NCBI GenBank assembly: GCA_005223125.1
Contig: NJBH01000006.1
Location: 32,001 to 96,000 of the forward strand
Direction: 5' to 3'
Origin: Promethearchaeota archaeon Loki_b32
GTDB taxonomy: Archaea > Asgardarchaeota > Lokiarchaeia > Sigyniarchaeales > SOKP01
DNA: 64,000 bases
This document shows positions 58,276 to 64,000 of the stretch, piece by piece. Position numbers and translations under genes: made by a program. Positions within the stretch are counted from its first letter, which is position 1; the number at the start of each line of letters is the position of its first letter. The notes beneath the pieces are model-generated. The model had not been told where the DNA came from, did not search any database, and saw only the letters and a list, made by a program, of their open reading frames with translations.

Positions 58276-59421
58276 TTAAAACCCAACAATGTTTGTATTT
58301 CCAAAATCAATATCTGAATCTACAGCAGTTCGCACGTATGGAGATACAGGTCCATTTGCTAGAACCATTATCTTTATTTTGGAACCCATATCAGGTTTAT
58401 TTTGAACTCCAAATTTTAGTTGAGCATCTTCTGGAATCCCATTTGAAATAGTAGAAATTACTTTATCAACTTTTGATAATGTTAATGTATGATCACCGGT
58501 GACCGAAACCAAACATCTATTCACTTGACTTGGATCTGGCTTCAATAAAGGATTATTTAAGGCTAATTTTGCCTTTTCAATTAAATCTGACTCATCTCCT
58601 AAACATTCCGCTATACCAATTAAACCAGAAGGATATTTACCAGTTGGATTTTCCAGTAGAGTCTTTTTCACATCTGCAAAATCTATATTGACTAAACCAC
58701 AATTATTAATCAAATTTACAACTTCACCTATATTTCTTATTAGAATTTCATCCATAATTTTAAATCCTGTTATCATAGGGATTTTTCCAACAATTCCGAG
58801 CAGATTATCATTTGGAATTGGAATTAGAAAATCAGAGTATTTAGCAAGGTTTTTTAACCCTAAACTTGCTCTAGCAGATCTTTGTTTACCTTCAGATTTA
58901 AACGGAAGTGAGCAAAAAGTTGCAACAATGGCATTATTCTTTTTTGCTTCTTCTGCAATAATGGGAGCTGCTCCAGTACCTGTACCCCCGCCTAAACCAC
59001 ATGTTAAAAAGATAATATCTCCATTTAACGTTTGATTTAGCCTTTCACGGTCTTCTTCAGCAGCTTCTGCACCGACATGGGGGTCATTTCCTGAACCTAA
59101 CCCATTACAAAGCTCTTTTCCAATTAAGATTTTATGTTTTGAATTTGAGTAATACAAATCATGGGCATCAGTATTTATTGTAATTGTTTCAGCATGATTG
59201 AGGCCCATATCCTCTAATCGTGAAACAGTGTTATTTCCTGCTCCTCCGACACCAACCACATATGTCTTAATTTTTAATACTTTCAATAAGTCAGCCAAAT
59301 ACTTATCATCGTCGCAATTTGGATTTGAATTGGGATTTTGGTTATGTTGAGCTATTTCATTAAACCTCTCTCTTACCGATGATCGCTTTTTGGCTAAATC
59401 TAAAATATCGTCAACACTCAT
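58276..59421 (-). CDS. ftsZ: Cell division protein FtsZ
   Basis: GVGGAGNN, NTD, GLGSG, GLGGGTGTG, PF..EG, T7 loop NIDFADV. Confidence 0.93.
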   Translation of the reverse strand: MSVDDILDLAKKRSSVRERFNEIAQHNQNPNSNPNCDDDKYLADLLKVLKIKTYVVGVGGAGNNTVSRLEDMGLNHAETITINTDAHDLYYSNSKHKILIGKELCNGLGSGNDPHVGAEAAEEDRERLNQTLNGDIIFLTCGLGGGTGTGAAPIIAEEAKKNNAIVATFCSLPFKSEGKQRSARASLGLKNLAKYSDFLIPIPNDNLLGIVGKIPMITGFKIMDEILIRNIGEVVNLINNCGLVNIDFADVKKTLLENPTGKYPSGLIGIAECLGDESDLIEKAKLALNNPLLKPDPSQVNRCLVSVTGDHTLTLSKVDKVISTISNGIPEDAQLKFGVQNKPDMGSKIKIMVLANGPVSPYVRTAVDSDIDFGNTNIVGF

Positions 59422-59665
59422 GATATATCATCTAAAAAATTAGGTTATTATAATACGACAACGATATCAGTATAATATAACTAAATAATATGAAGATAAT
59501 ATTGGCGAAATATTCAACATAACCAAATGTTTTTGTAATAAGTGTAAGTCGTTAATTTTATTATTATATCAATTTTTTCGTTTGAAATAAAGGACAAATC
59601 ATTGCAGAATAAAATTTATAAGTCTAAATTATCATGATTATCATGGCTTAAGGGTATAACAAAAT

Positions 59666-59905
59666 ATGGAAATTGATAATACAAAAACTAGCAGTAATGA
59701 GTCATTGGATGGCTCAAAACATGATGATTTAATTAAAGTTAGGGCTACAATTTCTTGTCCGAATGGCGATTACAAGAAGATATTTAGAAATCAATTTCTA
59801 AGAAAAGAAATAGAAATGATGATTGTTACCTTCAAAGTGTTTGATTGGTTAACATGCAATAAATGTGGGGAACTCTTAAAGTTAGATTTGGAGTTTTCTA
59901 TTTAA
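59666..59905 (+). CDS. Small hypothetical protein with Zn-ribbon-like CxxC
   Basis: SCPNG...TCNKCGE. Confidence 0.6.
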   Translation: MEIDNTKTSSNESLDGSKHDDLIKVRATISCPNGDYKKIFRNQFLRKEIEMMIVTFKVFDWLTCNKCGELLKLDLEFSI

Positions 59906-59985
59906 GATGTTAAAAATTCTATATAACACATTTACCTTTACTTATTTTTGGTTATAAGAATAACTGTTAAGAATTTGATTTTTCC

Positions 59986-61296
59986 TTATATTTTAAGATT
60001 AATTTGACCATACGTACCACCACCTCCAGGAGTATATTCAATTTCATTGTTTCTAAAAGCTCGTATAACTGAGGCAATAGTTGGATCAAATTTTTCAATT
60101 TTACTAATTGGGAGATTGATTAAAATTTCAAATTCAGGTCCAAGTTCGCTTATTATTTTGTTATATTCATTTAAAACCGTTTTACTTGTTGAGCTTTTAA
60201 TATTTTTGATGGAACGGATAATATCAATTAATGGAACGGCGTTTATATAATTAGGTCTATGATCTGGATGAATAGGATTTTCCGATGTAGAAATAACATC
60301 TATTCTTTCACTTACACCTAACTTTACTTTAAAATTTTTACCAAATTCTTCCTTACATGCAGGACATACTATTTTATTATCTGCTACTTGCTTTATATAT
60401 TGATTTTTAGCTGTTTGAGGATTACTCGAAAATATCGCAATGAAATTTTCAGTAATCGAATATTGGTTAAATACATTTTGGATGGTTTTTTTTGCTTTCT
60501 TAAAAATAATTCTCCTTCGGCACTTATTACAAAACATTTTGTAGTATTTTCCAAGTTTAGGATGTAAGCCTACATTTAATGATATTTTTCTCCCATCTTT
60601 TCGTTTAAGCGCTAATAAGATTTCTTCAAAAGAGGGATTATCAATATCAAATCTATTAAATTCCCTGCCTAGAGAACGTGGGTTTTGAGAATGTGCATCA
60701 CTATTACTTAAAAAAGTTACATCTTTTAGACATTTCAATCTGTCTGCGAGATGAGTATTGGCAGATAATCCTAATTCTATAAAGAATATATTTTTTGTAG
60801 CATCCTGGTAGCAATCTTTAAGAGTTTTAAACTTATTCTGTCGGAATATTGCTTTAAAGGGTGTAAAAGCATGAGCGGGTCCAATTATAGCACCCTCATC
60901 GGAGATAATATCAACTAATTCTGGTGGAGATAAATTAACCCTAGGACGCCCACCCCATTCACCTAAAATATTGGTTGAGTAGGGTACTAATTTCTTTTGA
61001 ATATTTTTTACCATATCAAAATCTTCAAAAAAAACAACTTCATGTACACTTTCTTGATCTTCAATTTCAGTTTGAAGAATAAAATAAATATCCTTATAAC
61101 AATACGCTCCATCTTTATCTTTTTCTAATTTGTTCTCTAAGTATTTCAACCAATCTGGTTGCAATACATCTCCTGTACCTAAAATGTTTAAACCTTTTTT
61201 TTTACAGGTTTCTAACATCGTGTCCAAATTCAACGTTTTTGATACTGCAATTGAATGAGGGGAGTGTATATGTAGGTCGGCATTGAAGATATTCAT
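59986..61296 (-). CDS. Endonuclease Q family protein (PHP domain plus Zn finger)
   Basis: ADLHIHS, GTGD, AHAFTP, ELGLSA, SNSDAHS..LGRE, CNKC/CPAC, PGGGG.YG. Confidence 0.9.
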   Translation of the reverse strand: MNIFNADLHIHSPHSIAVSKTLNLDTMLETCKKKGLNILGTGDVLQPDWLKYLENKLEKDKDGAYCYKDIYFILQTEIEDQESVHEVVFFEDFDMVKNIQKKLVPYSTNILGEWGGRPRVNLSPPELVDIISDEGAIIGPAHAFTPFKAIFRQNKFKTLKDCYQDATKNIFFIELGLSANTHLADRLKCLKDVTFLSNSDAHSQNPRSLGREFNRFDIDNPSFEEILLALKRKDGRKISLNVGLHPKLGKYYKMFCNKCRRRIIFKKAKKTIQNVFNQYSITENFIAIFSSNPQTAKNQYIKQVADNKIVCPACKEEFGKNFKVKLGVSERIDVISTSENPIHPDHRPNYINAVPLIDIIRSIKNIKSSTSKTVLNEYNKIISELGPEFEILINLPISKIEKFDPTIASVIRAFRNNEIEYTPGGGGTYGQINLKI

Positions 61297-61368
61297 TTTT
61301 TTCGAAATTAAATAGTAATTTTATACATTACATTAATTTCAATTTAATTAAGATTCTTTTATTTTTCC

Positions 61369-62415
61369 CTAAATAATGATCAATTTATCTTGAATTGGAT
61401 CATTTAGTAAAATCCTATAATATTCCATATCATCTTTAAACCTTGCTTTTTCTAATTTACCTTCAACTATTACCTTTTCACTTTTTTTTACATGCTCACA
61501 AAAACGACCTCTAAATGAATTAATTTCATTTATGTCTCTCATATCTATATCTTTTGCATTAAAATTGCTTTTAAGAATTTTTATGGGATTTATTTTATAT
61601 GAACAAGGAGTAAAAATTGAATCTTTTGAATCTAAAATATCGGCTTTGAGTCTAATTCTTCCAATATTTTTATATTGATAATCATAAAAATTGCCATTCC
61701 AATCTTTAGGACTTTTAATATATCTTATAAAAAAATCATGGTTCATATGCTTGCCTTGATGTAACTTGCGTTGTTCACTCCTAAGAAAATCATTAAAAGG
61801 AATATCAGATCCACCAACTCTCCACTCATAATGAGATTTATACTCATCTAGGTTATACTTCCGACAGTCATTTAATTCATTAAATATTTTTACTAATTTC
61901 TCTTGAAATTTTAAACTTGTTTCTGTACCGTATATTATTATATCAATATCAGATTTTTCAGTATTTAATCCTACCATTGTTGATCCTGTTATACCTATTG
62001 ATTTTTCAGGAAGATTGCCTTCAGTTATAAATAAATTACATAAATTTTTAGAACATGTTTCTATGTATGATAAATTATCTTTATCTAATAGGGTCTTAAA
62101 GAAACTTCGTGGAGTATAAATTTTTTTAATTTCTTGTATTTTGACTCCTTGGACTTCTAAGTCAATTTCTTTAGAATAAAAAAGGTAATCGGGATAATTC
62201 TCTCTCAAAAAGGAATATCGTTCATATAATTTATAGACTTTTTTAAAATGGATGCCTTTTTTTATCCTTTCTCCATCTGGATGGGGATAAAATCGTAAAA
62301 AGCAGATGATATAATCATTTGGATGTAGTAACCCTTTTACATCAAAAAACAAATTATCATTTTTTGTTTCTATATAATCTCCTTCAATTCCTTCAATATT
62401 TTTCATGAATTTCAC
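61369..62415 (-). CDS. Predicted archaeal nucleotidyltransferase (Pol-beta fold, COG1665-like)
   Basis: EGD..FFDVKG..HP; GITGS..VGL....SDIDIIIYG. Confidence 0.8.
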   Translation of the reverse strand: MKFMKNIEGIEGDYIETKNDNLFFDVKGLLHPNDYIICFLRFYPHPDGERIKKGIHFKKVYKLYERYSFLRENYPDYLFYSKEIDLEVQGVKIQEIKKIYTPRSFFKTLLDKDNLSYIETCSKNLCNLFITEGNLPEKSIGITGSTMVGLNTEKSDIDIIIYGTETSLKFQEKLVKIFNELNDCRKYNLDEYKSHYEWRVGGSDIPFNDFLRSEQRKLHQGKHMNHDFFIRYIKSPKDWNGNFYDYQYKNIGRIRLKADILDSKDSIFTPCSYKINPIKILKSNFNAKDIDMRDINEINSFRGRFCEHVKKSEKVIVEGKLEKARFKDDMEYYRILLNDPIQDKLIII

Positions 62416-62426
62416 AATATTAGTAA

Positions 62427-63581
62427 TTAATACTTTGAAGGCGTCTTAGTTTTAATTTTTGAGGGAGTCTTCGATTTAATTTTTCTTAAATCTCTTTCAA
62501 ATTGTCTTTTTTCATTTAGAAATCGTTGCTTATCTTTTTCTAATTTATTTCTTTCACGTTTAATAATATTTTTTTCGCTTTCTAAGTTTGATTTTCGTTT
62601 TTCTAATTGTCTATATTCATTATTTAATCGTTTAAACTTTTCCTCTAAATTGGGAATTTTCCGGTTTAAGGACTGATACTTATTTTCTGCAGCTGGAACT
62701 TTTCTTTGTAATTCTTTTAATCTTGCCTCTTGTTGGCGTCTTCTTTTCTCCAACTCATTTGCATTTCTATCAGCTTTTTCTCTGGTCTTTTTTAGATCAA
62801 CTTTTTTCTTGTTAATCTCACGAGCTTTTAGATCTAAGTCTTGTTTTTTATATCGAGTTTTTTCTCTTTCTTCTTTTAATTTTTTCTTTTCATCAGAAAT
62901 ACGATTTTTTTCATCAATAATCTCTCTCCTTAAGCTATTGATTTCCCTATTTAAACGATCTCTTTCTTTATTTAGATCTTTAATTTCATTTCTTAAATCC
63001 ATTAATTTATCTTCCAAATCATTAGTAGTTCTGTTCAAGGCATTTTCTCTTCTTTCCATACCAGGAAGTTTCGTTTTAATTTCCTTTAAGCGATCTTCTG
63101 TTCTTGCCTTTTCTTTCTCTAAATATTTTTTTTCATTTCCAATTTCTTCTCTAAGTTTATCTAATTTATCTTGAAATCTTTCCAATTCAGCATTTTTTTG
63201 ATCTAATTCATCATTCTTTCTTCTGATTTTATCTTTAAATTGCCGTTCTTTTACATTTAACTCGTTTTTTTGTTGTTCTATTTCATTTTTCGCCACTTTT
63301 AATTCATTTCGCAGATTATCTCGTTGTTCAAGAAGATTTTTAACTTCAAATTCTCTATCCTTTCTTTTTCTTTCAAGATCCTCAATATTATACTTATAAG
63401 CCTCAATTTGATTAATTATTTTTTCCCATTCACTCTTCTCTTTATCCAGTTTGATTCTTTCTTTTTTTATTTTCTTAAGTAATTTTTTTTCTGGAATTGT
63501 TTCAAGTTCTTCCTCAGGTGTTTTTTCCCGAATTTCATATTTAGGAATTGGTTTGTCATCCATGTTATTTCTACAATTCAC
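62427..63581 (-). CDS. Long coiled-coil protein with basic KTPSK-repeat tail
   Basis: Continuous heptads; ends KSKTPSKIKTKTPSKY. Confidence 0.75.
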   Translation of the reverse strand: MNCRNNMDDKPIPKYEIREKTPEEELETIPEKKLLKKIKKERIKLDKEKSEWEKIINQIEAYKYNIEDLERKRKDREFEVKNLLEQRDNLRNELKVAKNEIEQQKNELNVKERQFKDKIRRKNDELDQKNAELERFQDKLDKLREEIGNEKKYLEKEKARTEDRLKEIKTKLPGMERRENALNRTTNDLEDKLMDLRNEIKDLNKERDRLNREINSLRREIIDEKNRISDEKKKLKEEREKTRYKKQDLDLKAREINKKKVDLKKTREKADRNANELEKRRRQQEARLKELQRKVPAAENKYQSLNRKIPNLEEKFKRLNNEYRQLEKRKSNLESEKNIIKRERNKLEKDKQRFLNEKRQFERDLRKIKSKTPSKIKTKTPSKY

Positions 63582-63769
63582 TTTATTTTTTAATTAAATT
63601 ATATAATTATTGACTCTAAAGTGTTTGCATTCAAATTGCAATATTTAACTTTTTCTAACTGTTAAATCCATTTATATATTATAGTTTCTATTATTTTCAT
63701 ACTTAAAGTACTTAAAACTATAAAAATTCTCTATATTATAAATAAACCTATAATAACAGTGGTTATATT

Positions 63770-64000
63770 ATGAGTTTTGATGAAGAGGAAGAGTTTGACG
63801 AGGAATTCGACGAAGAAGATCTCGATGAAGAGTTAGATGAGCAGGATGAAGAAGAATTTGAGGATGAATTAGAAGAACCTTCTATAGTAGCATCTACTGA
63901 AGAGCCTGAATCTAAAACTCCAGCAACTAAAGTAATAGCTGAAGGGAAAAAAATTTCAGTCTATTTTATGTCAACTATAGGTCCCGGTGAAAAAAAACAA
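63770..64000 (+). CDS. Protein with very acidic N-terminus, possibly followed by a ubiquitin-like domain; runs off window end
   Basis: Hand translation MSFDEEEEFDEEFDEEDLDEELDEQDEEEFEDELEEP...KKISVYFMSTIGPGEKKQ. Confidence 0.6.
   Translation, partial: MSFDEEEEFDEEFDEEDLDEELDEQDEEEFEDELEEPSIVASTEEPESKTPATKVIAEGKKISVYFMSTIGPGEKKQ

Noticed and set aside
1-64000. CRISPR array, rRNA, tRNA, IS transposase, provirus
   Set aside because: No regularly spaced repeats, GC-rich stable-RNA blocks, cloverleafs, or transposase, integrase or capsid motifs seen.

Overview
Strongly AT-rich archaeal DNA, most likely an Asgard archaeon of the Lokiarchaeia type. Support: archaeal-type AlaRS, archaeal D-aminoacyl-tRNA deacylase, EndoQ, a Rag/Arf-like small GTPase, a longin/uDENN-like domain, a SNAP-like TPR protein, and archaeal TATA boxes and oligo-T terminators. 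I see no rRNA, tRNA, CRISPR array or transposase. About 11-39 kb is a large redox, sulfur and oxygen-defence cluster: tusA-iscS-iscU, an HdrD-like CCG protein, a multidomain persulfide/CoA-disulfide reductase, rubrerythrin, desulfoferrodoxin, acyl-CoA dehydrogenase-FprA-rubredoxin-NROR, iron-sulfur flavoprotein, glutaredoxins, FTR, two PDOs, TrxR and Hsp20. A frameshifted free-standing LAGLIDADG gene interrupts it. Best candidates for undescribed biology: (1) a co-oriented cassette of ArsR, Rag-like GTPase, MASE3/PAS histidine kinase and a response regulator whose output domain looks like a longin/uDENN domain, suggesting a two-component system wired to eukaryote-type small-GTPase control; (2) an Fe-S module pairing an IscS that lacks its PLP lysine (K->D) with an IscU fused to a degenerate thioredoxin-reductase NADPH domain; (3) an acyl-CoA dehydrogenase placed 4 nt behind a flavodiiron O2/NO reductase. 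Also seen: probable ATT/ATC start codons, two candidate structured RNAs, three Cys-tailed Lrp paralogues and several pseudogenes. All family calls come from motif recognition by eye; no database search was run.
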